In this document: one piece after another, positions 40,101-54,600 of the stretch | How the letters are laid out: each line of letters starts with the position of its first letter | Numbering within the stretch: the first letter of the stretch is position 1 | Origin: Magallana gigas | Taxonomy: Eukaryota | NCBI RefSeq assembly: GCF_963853765.1 | Contig: NC_088861.1 | Coordinates: forward strand, 21,292,281 to 21,356,280 | Direction of reading: 5' to 3' | DNA: 64,000 bases | The notes under the pieces: model-generated | Told to the model about the DNA's origin: nothing | Seen by the model: only the letters and a program-made list of their open reading frames with translations | Databases searched by the model: none | Program-made: the position numbers and the translations under genes

Positions 40101-43100
40101 GGGCCACAGTAGGGGGATCAAGTTTTACATAGCAATATATAGAGAACATTTTTAAACTTTCTTCTCAAAAACTATGACGCCAGGAAAGCTCAAATTAAAA
40201 TAGAAGCATCCTCAGGAAGTGAATATTCTTGTTTGTTCAAATCATGGTCCCCGGGGGTAGGGTTGGGCCACAGTAGGGGGATCAAGTTTTACATAGGAAT
40301 ATATAGAGAAAATCTTTAAACTTTCTTCCCAAAAACTATGACGCCAGGAAAGCTCAAAATAAAACGGAAGCATCCTCAGAAAATGAATATTCTTGTTTGT
40401 TCAAATCATGGTCCCCGGGGGGAGGGATGGGCCACAGTAGGGGGATCAAGTTTTACATAGGAGTATATAGAGAAAATCTTTAAACTTTCTTCTCAAAAAC
40501 TATGACACCAAAAAAGCCCAAATTAAAATGGAAGCATCCTCTGGTAGTGTAGATTTTAGTTTGTTCAAATCATGGTCCCCGGGGCTAGGGTTGGGCCACA
40601 GTAGGGGGATCAAGTTTTACATAGGAATATATAGAGAAAATTTTTAAACTTTCTTCTCAAAAACTATGACGCCAGGAAAGCTCAAATTAAAATGGAAGCA
40701 TCCTCAGGAACTGAATATTCTTGTTTGTTCAAATCATGGTCCCCGGGGGTAGGGTTGGGCCACAGTAGGGGGATCAAGTTTTACATAGGAATATATAGAG
40801 AAAATCTTTAAACTTTCTTTTCAAAAACAATGACGCCAGTAAAGCTCAAATTAAAATGGAAGCATTCTCAGAAAGTGAATATTCTTGTTTGTTCAAATTA
40901 TGGTCCCCGGGGGTAGGGTTGGGCCACAGTAGGGGGATCAAGTTTTACATAGGAATATATAGAGAAAATCTTTGAACTTTCTTCCCAAAGACTATGACGC
41001 AAGGAAAGCTCAAATTAAAATGGAAGTATCCTCTGGTAGTGTAGATTTTTGTTTGTTCAAATCATGGTCCCCGGGGGTAGGGTTGGGCCACAGTAGGGGG
41101 ATCAAGTTTTACATAGGAATATATAGAGAAAATCTTTAAACTTTCTTCTCAAAAACTATGACGCCAGGAAAGCTCAAATTAAAATAGAAGCATCCTCAGG
41201 TAGTGTAGATTTAAGTTTGTTTAAATCATGGTCCCCGGGGGTAGGTTTGGGCCACAGTAGGGGGATGAAGTTTTACATAGGAATATATAGAGAAAATCTG
41301 TAAACTTTCTTCTCAAAATCAATGACGCCAGGAAAGCTCAAATTCAATTGGAAGCATCCTCAGGTAATGTACATTTTAGTTTGTTCAAATCATGGTCCCC
41401 GGGGGAAGGGTTGGGCCACAGTAGGGGGATCAAGTTTTACATAGGAATATATAGAGAAAATCTTTAAACTTTCTTCTCAAAAACTATGACGCCAGGAAAG
41501 CTCAAATTAAAATGGAAGCATCCTCAGGTAGTGTAGATTTTAGTTTGTTCAAATCATGGTCCCCGGGGGTAGGGTTGGGCCACAGTAGGGGGATCAAGTT
41601 TTACATAGAAATATATAGAGAAAATCTTTAGACTTTCTTCTAAAAAACTATGACGCCAGGAAAGCTCAAATTAAAATGGAAGCATCCTCAGGTAGTGTAG
41701 ATTTTAGTTTGTTCAAATTATGGTCCCTGGATGTAGGGTAGGGCCACAGTATGGGGTTCAAGATTTACTTAGAGATATAGAGAAAATCTTTAAACTTTCT
41801 TCTCAAACACTATGACGCCAGGAAAGCTCAAATTAAAATGGAAGCATCCTCAGGTAGTGTAGATTTTAGTTTGTTCAAATCATGGTCCCCAGGGGTAGGG
41901 TTGGGCCACAGTAGGGGGATCAAGTTTTACTTAGGAATATATAGAGAAAATCTTTATACATTCTTCGATAAAACTATGACGCCAGGAAAGCTCAAATTAA
42001 AATGGAAGCATCCTCAGGTAGTGTAGATTTTAGTTTGCACAGTAGGGGGATCAAGGAATATATAGAGAAAATCTTTAAACTTTCTTCTCAAAAACTATGA
42101 CGCCAGGAAAGCTCAAATTAAAATGGAAGCATCCTCAGGTAGTGTAGGTTTTAATTTGTTCAAATCATGGTCCCCGGGGGTAGGGTTGGGCCACAGTAGA
42201 GGGATCAAGTTTTTCATAGGAATATATAGAGAAAATCTTTCAACTTTCTTCTCAAAAACTATGGCGCCAGGAAAGCTCAAATTAAAATGGAAGCATCCTC
42301 AGATAGAGTAGATTTTAGTTTGTTCAAATCATGGTCCCCGGGGGTAGGTTTGGGCCACAGTAGGGGGTTCAACTTTTACATAGGAATATATAGAGAAAAT
42401 CTTTAAACTTTCTTCTCAAAAACTATGACGCCAGGAAAGCTCAAATTAAAATGGAAGCATCCTCAGGAAGTGAATATTCTTGTTTATTCAAATCATGGCC
42501 CCCGGATGTAGGGTAGGGCAACAGTAGGGGGATCAAGTTTTACGTAGGAATATATATAGAGGAAATCTGTAAACTTTCTTCTCAAAAACTATGACGCCAG
42601 GAAAGCTCAAATTAAAATGGAAGCATCCTCAGGTAGTGTAGATTTAAGTTTGTTCAAATCGTGGTCGTCGGGGGTAGGGTTGGGCAACAGTAGGGGGATC
42701 AACTTTTATTTAGGAATATATAGAGAAAATCTGTAAACTTTCTTCTCAAAAACTATGACGCCAGGAAAGCTCAAATTCAAATGGAAGCATCCTCAGGAAG
42801 TGAATATTCTTGTTTGTTCAAATTAAGGTCCCCCGGGGTAGGGTTGGGCCACAGTAGGGGGATCAAGTTTTACATAGGAGTATATAGAGAAAATCTTTAA
42901 ACTTTCTTCTCAAAAACTATGACGCCAGGAAAGCTAAAATTAAAATGGAAGTATCCTCTGGTAGTGTAGATTTTAGTTTGTTCAAATCATGGTCCCCGGG
43001 GGTAGGGTTGGGCCACAGTAGGGGGATCAAGTTTTACATAGGAATATATAGAGAACATTTTTAAACTTTCTTCTCAAAAACTATGACGCCAGGAAAGCTC

Positions 43101-45530
43101 AAATTAAAATAGAAGCATCCTCAGGAAGTGAATATTCTTGTATGTTCAAATCATGGTCCCCGGGGGTAGGGTTGGGCCACAGTAGGGGGATCAAGTTTTA
43201 CATAGGAATATATAGAGAAAATCTTTAAACTTTCTTCCCAAAAACTATGACGCCAGGAAAGCTCAAAATAAAACGGAAGCATCCTCAGAAAATGAATATT
43301 CTTGTTTGTTCAAATCATGGTCCCCGGGGGAAGGGATGGGCCACAGTAGGGGGATCAAGTTTTACATAGGAGTATATAGAGAAAATCTTTAAACTTTCTT
43401 CTCAAAAACTATGACACCAAAAAAGCCCAAATTAAAATGGAAGCATCCTCTGGTAGTGTAGATTTTAGTTTGTTCAAATCATGGTCCCCGGGGCTAGGGT
43501 TGGGCCACAGTAGGGGGATCAAGTTTTACATAGGAATATATAGAGAAAATTTTTAAACTTTCTTCTCAAAAACTATGACGCAAGGAAAGCTCAAATTAAA
43601 ATGGAAGCATCCTCAGGAACTGAATATTCTTGTTTGTTCAAATCATGGTCCCCGGGGGTAGGGTTGGGCCACAGTAGGGGGATCAAGTTTTACATAGGAA
43701 TATATAGAGAAAATCTTTAAACTTTCTTTTCAAAAACAATGACGCCAGTAAAGCTCAAATTAAAATGGAAGCATTCTCAGAAAGTGAATATTCTTGTTTG
43801 TTCAAATTATGGTCCCCGGGGGTAGGGTTGGGCCACAGTAGGGGGATCAAGTTTTACATAGGAATATATAGAGAAAATCTTTGAACTTTCTTCCCAAAGA
43901 CTATGACGCAAGGAAAGCTCAAATTAAAATGGAAGTATCCTCTGGTAGTGTAGATTTTTGTTTGTTCAAATCATGGTCCCCGGGGGTAGGGTTGGGCCAC
44001 AGTAGGGGGATCAAGTTTTACATAGGAATATATAGAGAAAATCTTTAAACTTTCTTCTCAAAAACTATGACGCCAGGAAAGCTCAAATTAAAATAGAAGC
44101 ATCCTCAGGTAGTGTAGATTTAAGTTTGTTCAAATCATGGTCCCCGGGGGTAGGTTTTGGCCACAGTAGGGGGATGAAGTTTTACATAGGAATATATAGA
44201 GAAAATCTGTAAACTTTCTTCTCAAAAACAATGACGCCAGGAAAGCTCAAATTCAAATGGAAGCATCCTCAGGTAATGTAGATTTTAGTTTGTTCAAATC
44301 ATGGTCCCCGGGGGAAGGGTTGGGCCACAGTAGGGGGATCAAGTTTTACATAGGAATATATAGAGAAAATCTTTAAACTTTCTTCTCAAAAACTATGACG
44401 CCAGGAAAGCTCAAATTAAAATGGAAGCATCCTCAGGTAGTGTAGATTTTAGTTTGTTCAAATCATGGTCCCCGGGGGTAGGGTAGGGCCACAGTAGGGG
44501 GATCAAGTTTTACATAGAAATATATAGAGAAAATCTTTAGACTTTCTTCTAAAAAACTATGACGACAGGAAAACTCAAATTAAAATGGAAGCATCCTCAG
44601 GTAGGGTAGATTTTAGTTTGTTCAAATCATGGTCCCCGGGGGTAGATTTGGGCCACAGTAGGGGGATCAAGTTTTACTTAGGAATATATAGAGGAAATCT
44701 TTAAACATTCATCAAAAAAACTATGACGCCTGGAAAGCTCAAATTAAAATGGAAGCATCCTCAGGTAGTGTAGATTTTAGTTTGTTCAAATTATGGTCCC
44801 TGGATGTAGGGTAGGGCCACAGTATGGGGTTCAAGATTTACTTAGAGATATAGAGAAAATCTTTAAACTTTCTTCTCAAACACTATGACGCCAGGAAAGC
44901 TCAAATTAAAATGGAAGCATCCTCAGGTAGTGTAGATTTTAGTTTGTTCAAATCATGGTCCCCAGGGGTAGGGTTGGGCCACAGTAGGGGGATCAAGTTT
45001 TACTTAGGAATATATAGAGAAAATCTTTATACATTCTTCGATAAAACTATGACGCCAGGAAAGCTCAAATTAAAATGGAAGCATCCTCAGGTAGTGTAGA
45101 TTTTAGTTTGCACAGTAGGGGGATCAAGTTTTACATAGGAATATATAGAGAAAATCTGTAAACTTTCTTCTCAAAAACTATGACGCCAGGAAAGCTCAAA
45201 TTAAAATGGAAGCATCCTCAGGTAGTGTAGATTTTAGTTTGTTCAAATCATGGTCCCCGGGGGTAGGGTAGGGCCACAGGTGGGGGATCAAGTTTTACAT
45301 AGGAATATATAGAGAAAATCTGTAAACTTTCTTCTCAAAAACTATGACGCCAGGAAAGCTCAAATTCAAATGGAAGCATCCTCAGGAAGTGAATATTCTT
45401 GTTTGTTCAAATCATGGTCCCCGGATGTAGGGTAGGGCCACAGGAGGGGGATCAAGTTTTACATAGGAGTATAGAGAGAAAATCTTTAAACTTTCTTCTC
45501 AAAAACTATGACGCCAGGAAAGCTCAAATT
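34190..45530. repeat. Segmental duplication, copy 2: duplicate of 14410-25750
   Basis: Same evidence as copy 1. The left junction at ~34190-34200 lies inside the conserved stretch ATTCTCAGAAAGTGAATATTCTTGTTTGTTCAAAT, where sequence of the 28500 type (AAATCATGG) switches to sequence of the 14400 type (AAATTATGG). The right junction at ~45530 is where GAAGCATCCTCAGGTAGTG replaces GAAGTATCCTCTGGTAGTG. Confidence 0.85.
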
Positions 45531-46023
45531 AAAATGGAAGCATCCTCAGGTAGTGTAGATTTTAGTTTGTTCAAATCATGGTCCCCGGGGGTAGGGTAGG
45601 GCCACAGTAGGGGGATCAAGTTTTACATAGAAATATATAGAGAAAATCTTTAGACTTTCTTCTAAAAAACTATGACGACAGGAAAACTCAAATTAAAATG
45701 GAAGCATCCTCAGGTAGGGTAGATTTTAGTTTGTTCAAATCATGGTCCCCGGGGGTAGATTTGGGCCACAGTAGGGGGATCAAGTTTTACTTAGGAATAT
45801 ATAGAGGAAATCTTTAAACATTCATCAAAAAAACTATGACGCCTGGAAAGCTCAAATTAAAATGGAAGCATCCTCAGGTAGTGTAGATTTTAGTTTGTTC
45901 AAATTATGGTCCCTGGATGTAGGGTAGGGCCACAGTATGGGGTTCAAGATTTACTTAGAGATATAGAGAAAATCTTTAAACTTTCTTCTCAAACACTATG
46001 ACGCCAGGAAAGCTCAAATTAAA
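44911..46023. repeat. Local 1113 bp tandem reduplication with a chimeric junction monomer at about 45530-45600
   Basis: Marker pair B1/A occurs at 44911/45399 and again at 46024/46512. The 45399 ORF is a truncated chimera (A-type start, B-type end). After ~45560 the sequence returns to the TTAGACTTTC monomer that is also found at ~44521. Confidence 0.65.
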
Positions 46024-49000
46024 ATGGAAGCATCCTCAGGTAGTGTAGATTTTAGTTTGTTCAAATCATGGTCCCCAGGGGTAGGGTTGGGCCACAGTAG
46101 GGGGATCAAGTTTTACTTAGGAATATATAGAGAAAATCTTTATACATTCTTCGATAAAACTATGACGCCAGGAAAGCTCAAATTAAAATGGAAGCATCCT
46201 CAGGTAGTGTAGATTTTAGTTTGCACAGTAGGGGGATCAAGTTTTACATAGGAATATATAGAGAAAATCTGTAAACTTTCTTCTCAAAAACTATGACGCC
46301 AGGAAAGCTCAAATTAAAATGGAAGCATCCTCAGGTAGTGTAGATTTTAGTTTGTTCAAATCATGGTCCCCGGGGGTAGGGTAGGGCCACAGGTGGGGGA
46401 TCAAGTTTTACATAGGAATATATAGAGAAAATCTGTAAACTTTCTTCTCAAAAACTATGACGCCAGGAAAGCTCAAATTCAAATGGAAGCATCCTCAGGA
46501 AGTGAATATTCTTGTTTGTTCAAATCATGGTCCCCGGATGTAGGGTAGGGCCACAGGAGGGGGATCAAGTTTTACATAGGAGTATAGAGAGAAAATCTTT
46601 AAACTTTCTTCTCAAAAACTATGACGCCAGGAAAGCTCAAATTAAAATGGAAGAATCCTCAGGTAGTGTAGATTTTAGTTTGTTCAAATCATGGTCCCCG
46701 GAGGTAGGGTTGGGCCACAGTAGGGGGATCAAGTTTTACATAGGAATATATAGAGAAAATCTGTAAACTTTCTTCTCAAAAACTATGACGCCAGGAAAGC
46801 TCAAATTAAAATGGAAGCATCCTCAGGAAGTGAATATTCTTGTTTATTCAAATCATGGCCTCCGGATGTAGGGTAGGGCAACAGTAGGGGGATCAAGTTT
46901 TACGTAGGAATATATATAGAGAAAATCTGTAAACTTTCTTCTCAAAAACTATGACGCCAGGAAAGCTCAAATTAAAATGGAAGCATCCTCAGGTAGTGTA
47001 GATTTAAGTTTGTTCAAATCGTGGTCGTCGGGGGTAGGGTTGGGCAACAGTAGGGGGATCAACTTTTATTTAGGAATATATAGAGAAAATCTGTAAACTT
47101 TCTTCTCAAAAACTATGACGCCAGGAAAGCTCAAATTCAAATGGAAGCATCCTCAGGAAGTGAATATTCTTGTTTGTTCAAATTAAGGTCCCCCGGGGTA
47201 GGGTTGGGCCACAGTAGGGGGATCAAGTTTTACATAGGAGTATATAGAGAAAATCTTTAAACTTTCTTCTCAAAAACTATGACGTCAGGAAAGCTCAAAT
47301 TAAAATGGAAGTATCCTCTGGTAGTGTAGATTTTAGTTTGTTCAAATCATGGTCCCCGGGGGTAGGGTTGGGCCACAGTAGGGGGATCAAGTTTTACATA
47401 GCAATATATAGAGAACATTTTTAAACTTTCTTCTCAAAAACTATGACGCCAGGAAAGCTCAAATTAAAATAGAAGCATCCTCAGGAAGTGAATATTCTTG
47501 TATGTTCAAATCATGGTCCCCGGGGGTAGGGTTGGGCCACAGTAGGGGGATCAAGTTTTACATAGGAATATATAGAGAAAATCTTTAAACTTTCTTCCCA
47601 AAAACTATGACGCCAGGAAAGCTCAAAATAAAACGGAAGCATCCTCAGAAAATGAATATTCTTGTTTGTTCAAATCATGGTCCCCGGGGGAAGGGATGGG
47701 CCACAGTAGGGGGATCAAGTTTTACATAGGAGTATATAGAGAAAATCTTTAAACTTTCTTCTCAAAAACTATGACACCAAAAAAGCCCAAATTAAAATGG
47801 AAGCATCCTCTGGTAGTGTAGATTTTAGTTTGTTCAAATCATGGTCCCCGGGGCTAGGGTTGGGCCACAGTAGGGGGATCAAGTTTTACATAGGAATATA
47901 TAGAGAAAATTTTTAAACTTTCTTCTCAAAAACTATGACGCCAGGAAAGCTCAAATTAAAATGGAAGCATCCTCAGGAACTGAATATTCTTGTTTGTTCA
48001 AATCATGGTCCCCGGGGGTAGGGTTGGGCCACAGTAGGGGGATCAAGTTTTACATAGGAATATATAGAGAAAATCTTTAAACTTTCTTTTCAAAAACAAT
48101 GACGCCAGTAAAGCTCAAATTAAAATGGAAGCATTCTCAGAAAGTGAATATTCTTGTTTGTTCAAATTATGGTCCCCGGGGGTAGGGTTGGGCCACAGTA
48201 GGGGGATCAAGTTTTACATAGGAATATATAGAGAAAATCTTTGAACTTTCTTCCCAAAGACTATGACGCAAGGAAAGCTCAAATTAAAATGGAAGTATCC
48301 TCTGGTAGTGTAGATTTTTGTTTGTTCAAATCATGGTCCCCGGGGGTAGGGTTGGGCCACAGTAGGGGGATCAAGTTTTACATAGGAATATATAGAGAAA
48401 ATCTTTAAACTTTCTTCTCAAAAACTATGACGCCAGGAAAGCTCAAATTAAAATAGAAGCATCCTCAGGTAGTGTAGATTTAAGTTTGTTTAAATCATGG
48501 TCCCCGGGGGTAGGTTTGGGCCACAGTAGGGGGATGAAGTTTTACATAGGAATATATAGAGAAAATCTGTAAACTTTCTTCTCAAAAACAATGACGCCAG
48601 GAAAGCTCAAATTCAATTGGAAGCATCCTCAGGTAATGTACATTTTAGTTTGTTCAAATCATGGTCCCCGGGGGAAGGGTTGGGCCACAGTAGGGGGATC
48701 AAGTTTTACATAGGAATATATAGAGAAAATCTTTAAACTTTCTTCTCAAAAACTATGACGCCAGGAAAGCTCAAATTAAAATGGAAGCATCCTCAGGTAG
48801 TGTAGATTTTAGTTTGTTCAAATCATGGTCCCCGGGGGTAGGGTTGGGCCACAGTAGGGGGATCAAGTTTTACATAGAAATATATAGAGAAAATCTTTAG
48901 ACTTTCTTCTAAAAAACTATGACGACAGGAAAACTCAAATTAAAATGGAAGCATCCTCAGGTAGGGTAGATTTTAGTTTGTTCAAATCATGGTCCCCGGG

Positions 49001-51684
49001 GGTAGATTTGGGCCACAGTAGGGGGATCAAGTTTTACTTAGGAATATATAGAGAAAATCTTTAAACATTCATCAAAAAAACTATGACGCCAGGAAAGCTC
49101 AAATTAAAATGGAAGCATCCTCAGGTAGTGTAGATTTTAGTTTGTTCAAATTATGGTCCCTGGATGTAGGGTTGGGCCACAGTATGGGGTTCAAGATTTA
49201 CTTAGAGATATAGAGAAAATCTTTAAACTTTCTTCTCAAACACTATGACGCCAGGAAAGCTCAAATTAAAATGGAAGCATCCTCAGGTAGTGTAGATTTT
49301 AGTTTGTTCAAATCATGGTCCCCAGGGGTAGGGTTGGGCCACAGTAGGGGGATCAAGTTTTACTTAGGAATATATAGAGAAAATCTTTATACATTCTTCG
49401 ATAAAACTATGACGCCAGGAAAGCTCAAATTAAAATGGAAGCATCCTCAGGTAGTGTAGATTTTAGTTTGCACAGTAGGGGGATCAAGGAATATATAGAG
49501 AAAATCTTTAAACTTTCTTCTCAAAAACTATGACGCCAGGAAAGCTCAAATTAAAATGGAAGCATCCTCAGGTAGTGTAGGTTTTAATTTGTTCAAATCA
49601 TGGTCCCCGGGGGTAGGGTTGGGCCACAGTAGAGGGATCAAGTTTTTCATAGGAATATATAGAGAAAATCTTTCAACTTTCTTCTCAAAAACTATGGCGC
49701 CAGGAAAGCTCAAATTAAAATGGAAGCATCCTCAGGTAGAGTAGATTTTAGTTTGTTCAAATCATGGTCCCCGGGGGTAGGTTTGGGCCACAGTAGGGGG
49801 TTCAACTTTTACATAGGAATATATAGAGAAAATCTTTAAACTTTCTTCTCAAAAACTATGACGCCAGGAAAGCTCAAATTAAAATGGAAGCATCCTCAGG
49901 TAGTGTAAATTTTAGTTTGTTCAAATCATGGTCCCCGGGGGTAGGGTTGGGCCACAGTAGGGGGATCAAGTTTTACATAAGAATATATAGAGAAAATCTG
50001 TAAACTTTCTTTTCAAAAACTATGACGCCAGGAAAGCTCAAATTAAAATGGAAGCATTCTCAGAAAGTGAATATTCTTGTTTGTTCAAATCATGGTCCCC
50101 GGGGGTAGGGTTGGGCCACAGTAGGGGGATCAAGTTTTACATAGGAATATATAGAGAAAATCTGTCAACTTTCTTCTCAAAAACTATGACGCCAGGAAAA
50201 CTCAAATTAAAATGGAAGCATCCTCTGGTAGTATAGATTTTAGTTTGTTCAAATCATGGTCCCCGGGGGTAGAGTTGGGCCACAGTAGGGGGATCAAGTT
50301 TTACTTAGGAATATATACAGAAAATCTTTAAACTTTCTTCTCAAAAACTATGACGCCAGGAAAGCTCAAATTAAAATGGAAGCATCCTCAGGTAGTGTAG
50401 ATTTTAGTTTGTTCAAATCATGGTCCCCGGGGCTAGGGTTGGGCCACAGTAGGGGGATCAAGTTTTACATAGGAATATATAGAGAAAATCTGTAAACTTT
50501 CTTCTCAAAAACTATGACGCCAGGAAAGCTCAAATTAAAATGGAAGCATCCTCAGGAAGTGAATATTCTTGTTTGTTCAAATCATGGTCCCCGGATGTAG
50601 GGTAGGGCCACAGGAGGGGGATCAAGTTTTACTTAACAATATATACAGAAAATCTTTAAACATTCTTCTCAAAAACTATGACGCCAAGAAAGCTCAAATT
50701 CAAATGGAAGCATCCTCAGGTAGAGTAGATTTAGTTTGTTCAAATCATGGTCCCCGGGGGTAGGGTTGGGCCACAGTAGGGGGATCAAGTTTTACATAGG
50801 AATATATAGAGAAAATCTTTAAACTTTCTTCTCAAAAACTATGACGCCAGGAAAGCTCAAATTAAAATAGAAGCATCCTCAGGTAGTGTAGATTTAAGTT
50901 TGTTCAAATCATGGTCCCCGGGGGTAGGTTTTGGCCACAGTAGGGGGATGAAGTTTTACATAGGAATATATAGAGAAAATCTGTAAACTTTCTTCTCAAA
51001 AACAATGACGCCAGGAAAGCTCAAATTCAAATGGAAGCATCCTCAGGTAATGTAGATTTTAGTTTGTTCAAATCATGGTCCCCGGGGGAAGGGTTGGGCC
51101 ACAGTAGGGGGATCAAGTTTTACATAGGAATATATAGAGAAAATCTTTAAACTTTCTTCTCAAAAACTATGACGCCAGGAAAGCTCAAATTAAAATGGAA
51201 GCATCCTCAGGTAGTGTAGATTTTAGTTTGTTCAAATCATGGTCCCCGGGGGTAGGGTAGGGCCACAGTAGGGGGATCAAGTTTTACATAGAAATATATA
51301 GAGAAAATCTTTAGACTTTCTTCTAAAAAACTATGACGACAGGAAAACTCAAATTAAAATGGAAGCATCCTCAGGTAGGGTAGATTTTAGTTTGTTCAAA
51401 TCATGGTCCCCGGGGGTAGATTTGGGCCACAGTAGGGGGATCAAGTTTTACTTAGGAATATATAGAGGAAATCTTTAAACATTCATCAAAAAAACTATGA
51501 CGCCTGGAAAGCTCAAATTAAAATGGAAGCATCCTCAGGTAGTGTAGATTTTAGTTTGTTCAAATTATGGTCCCTGGATGTAGGGTAGGGCCACAGTATG
51601 GGGTTCAAGATTTACTTAGAGATATAGAGAAAATCTTTAAACTTTCTTCTCAAACACTATGACGCCAGGAAAGCTCAAATTAAA
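46024..51684. repeat. 5661 bp HOR copy 1 (phase defined from the 33-bp-deleted marker monomer)
   Basis: Marker order within the unit is B1(0), A(+488), G(+995), T(+2867), B2(+3247), C(+3532), D(+4024), E(+4545), T(+5277). Confidence 0.8.
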
Positions 51685-54600
51685 ATGGAAGCATCCTCAG
51701 GTAGTGTAGATTTTAGTTTGTTCAAATCATGGTCCCCAGGGGTAGGGTTGGGCCACAGTAGGGGGATCAAGTTTTACTTAGGAATATATAGAGAAAATCT
51801 TTATACATTCTTCGATAAAACTATGACGCCAGGAAAGCTCAAATTAAAATGGAAGCATCCTCAGGTAGTGTAGATTTTAGTTTGCACAGTAGGGGGATCA
51901 AGTTTTACATAGGAATATATAGAGAAAATCTGTAAACTTTCTTCTCAAAAACTATGACGCCAGGAAAGCTCAAATTAAAATGGAAGCATCCTCAGGTAGT
52001 GTAGATTTTAGTTTGTTCAAATCATGGTCCCCGGGGGTAGGGTAGGGCCACAGTAGGGGGATCAAGTTTTACATAGGAATATATAGAGAAAATCTGTAAA
52101 CTTTCTTCTCAAAAACTATGACGCCAGGAAAGCTCAAATTCAAATGGAAGCATCCTCAGGAAGTGAATATTCTTGTTTGTTCAAATCATGGTCCCCGGAT
52201 GTAGGGTAGGGCCACAGGAGGGGGATCAAGTTTTACATAGGAGTATAGAGAGAAAATCTTTAAACTTTCTTCTCAAAAACTATGACGCCAGGAAAGCTCA
52301 AATTAAAATGGAAGAATCCTCAGGTAGTGTAGATTTTAGTTTGTTCAAATCATGGTCCCCGGAGGTAGGGTTGGGCCACAGTAGGGGGATCAAGTTTTAC
52401 ATAGGAATATATAGAGAAAATCTGTAAACTTTCTTCTCAAAAACTATGACGCCAGGAAAGCTCAAATTAAAATGGAAGCATCCTCAGGAAGTGAATATTC
52501 TTGTTTATTCAAATCATGGCCCCCGGATGTAGGGTAGGGCAACAGTAGGGGGATCAAGTTTTACGTAGGAATATATATAGAGAAAATCTGTAAACTTTCT
52601 TCTCAAAAACTATGACGCCAGGAAAGCTCAAATTAAAATGGAAGCATCCTCAGGTAGTGTAGATTTAAGTTTGTTCAAATCGTGGTCGTCGGGGGTAGGG
52701 TTGGGCAACAGTAGGGGGATCAACTTTTATTTAGGAATATATAGAGAAAATCTGTAAACTTTCTTCTCAAAAACTATGACGCCAGGAAAGCTCAAATTCA
52801 AATGGAAGCATCCTCAGGAAGTGAATATTCTTGTTTGTTCAAATTAAGGTCCCCCGGGGTAGGGTTGGGCCACAGTAGGGGGATCAAGTTTTACATAGGA
52901 GTATATAGAGAAAATCTTTAAACTTTCTTCTCAAAAACTATGACGCCAGGAAAGCTCAAATTAAAATGGAAGTATCCTCTGGTAGTGTAGATTTTAGTTT
53001 GTTCAAATCATGGTCCCCGGGGGTAGGGTTGGGCCACAGTAGGGGGATCAAGTTTTACATAGCAATATATAGAGAACATTTTTAAACTTTCTTCTCAAAA
53101 ACTATGACGCCAGGAAAGCTCAAATTAAAATAGAAGCATCCTCAGGAAGTGAATATTCTTGTATGTTCAAATCATGGTCCCCGGGGGTAGGGTTGGGCCA
53201 CAGTAGGGGGATCAAGTTTTACATAGGAATATATAGAGAAAATCTTTAAACTTTCTTCCCAAAAACTATGACGCCAGGAAAGCTCAAAATAAAACGGAAG
53301 CATCCTCAGAAAATGAATATTCTTGTTTGTTCAAATCATGGTCCCCGGGGGAAGGGATGGGCCACAGTAGGGGGATCAAGTTTTACATAGGAGTATATAG
53401 AGAAAATCTTTAAACTTTCTTCTCAAAAACTATGACACCAAAAAAGCCCAAATTAAAATGGAAGCATCCTCTGGTAGTGTAGATTTTAGTTTGTTCAAAT
53501 CATGGTCCCCGGGGCTAGGGTTGGGCCACAGTAGGGGGATCAAGTTTTACATAGGAATATATAGAGAAAATTTTTAAACTTTCTTCTCAAAAACTATGAC
53601 GCCAGGAAAGCTCAAATTAAAATGGAAGCATCCTCAGGAACTGAATATTCTTGTTTGTTCAAATCATGGTCCCCGGGGGTAGGGTTGGGCCACAGTAGGG
53701 GGATCAAGTTTTACATAGGAATATATAGAGAAAATCTTTAAACTTTCTTTTCAAAAACAATGACGCCAGTAAAGCTCAAATTAAAATGGAAGCATTCTCA
53801 GAAAGTGAATATTCTTGTTTGTTCAAATTATGGTCCCCGGGGGTAGGGTTGGGCCACAGTAGGGGGATCAAGTTTTACATAGGAATATATAGAGAAAATC
53901 TTTGAACTTTCTTCCCAAAGACTATGACGCAAGGAAAGCTCAAATTAAAATGGAAGTATCCTCTGGTAGTGTAGATTTTTGTTTGTTCAAATCATGGTCC
54001 CCGGGGGTAGGGTTGGGCCACAGTAGGGGGATCAAGTTTTACATAGGAATATATAGAGAAAATCTTTAAACTTTCTTCTCAAAAACTATGACGCCAGGAA
54101 AGCTCAAATTAAAATAGAAGCATCCTCAGGTAGTGTAGATTTAAGTTTGTTTAAATCATGGTCCCCGGGGGTAGGTTTGGGCCACAGTAGGGGGATGAAG
54201 TTTTACATAGGAATATATAGAGAAAATCTGTAAACTTTCTTCTCAAAAACAATGACGCCAGGAAAGCTCAAATTCAATTGGAAGCATCCTCAGGTAATGT
54301 ACATTTTAGTTTGTTCAAATCATGGTCCCCGGGGGAAGGGTTGGGCCACAGTAGGGGGATCAAGTTTTACATAGGAATATATAGAGAAAATCTTTAAACT
54401 TTCTTCTCAAAAACTATGACGCCAGGAAAGCTCAAATTAAAATGGAAGCATCCTCAGGTAGTGTAGATTTTAGTTTGTTCAAATCATGGTCCCCGGGGGT
54501 AGGGTTGGGCCACAGTAGGGGGATCAAGTTTTACATAGAAATATATAGAGAAAATCTTTAGACTTTCTTCTAAAAAACTATGACGACAGGAAAACTCAAA

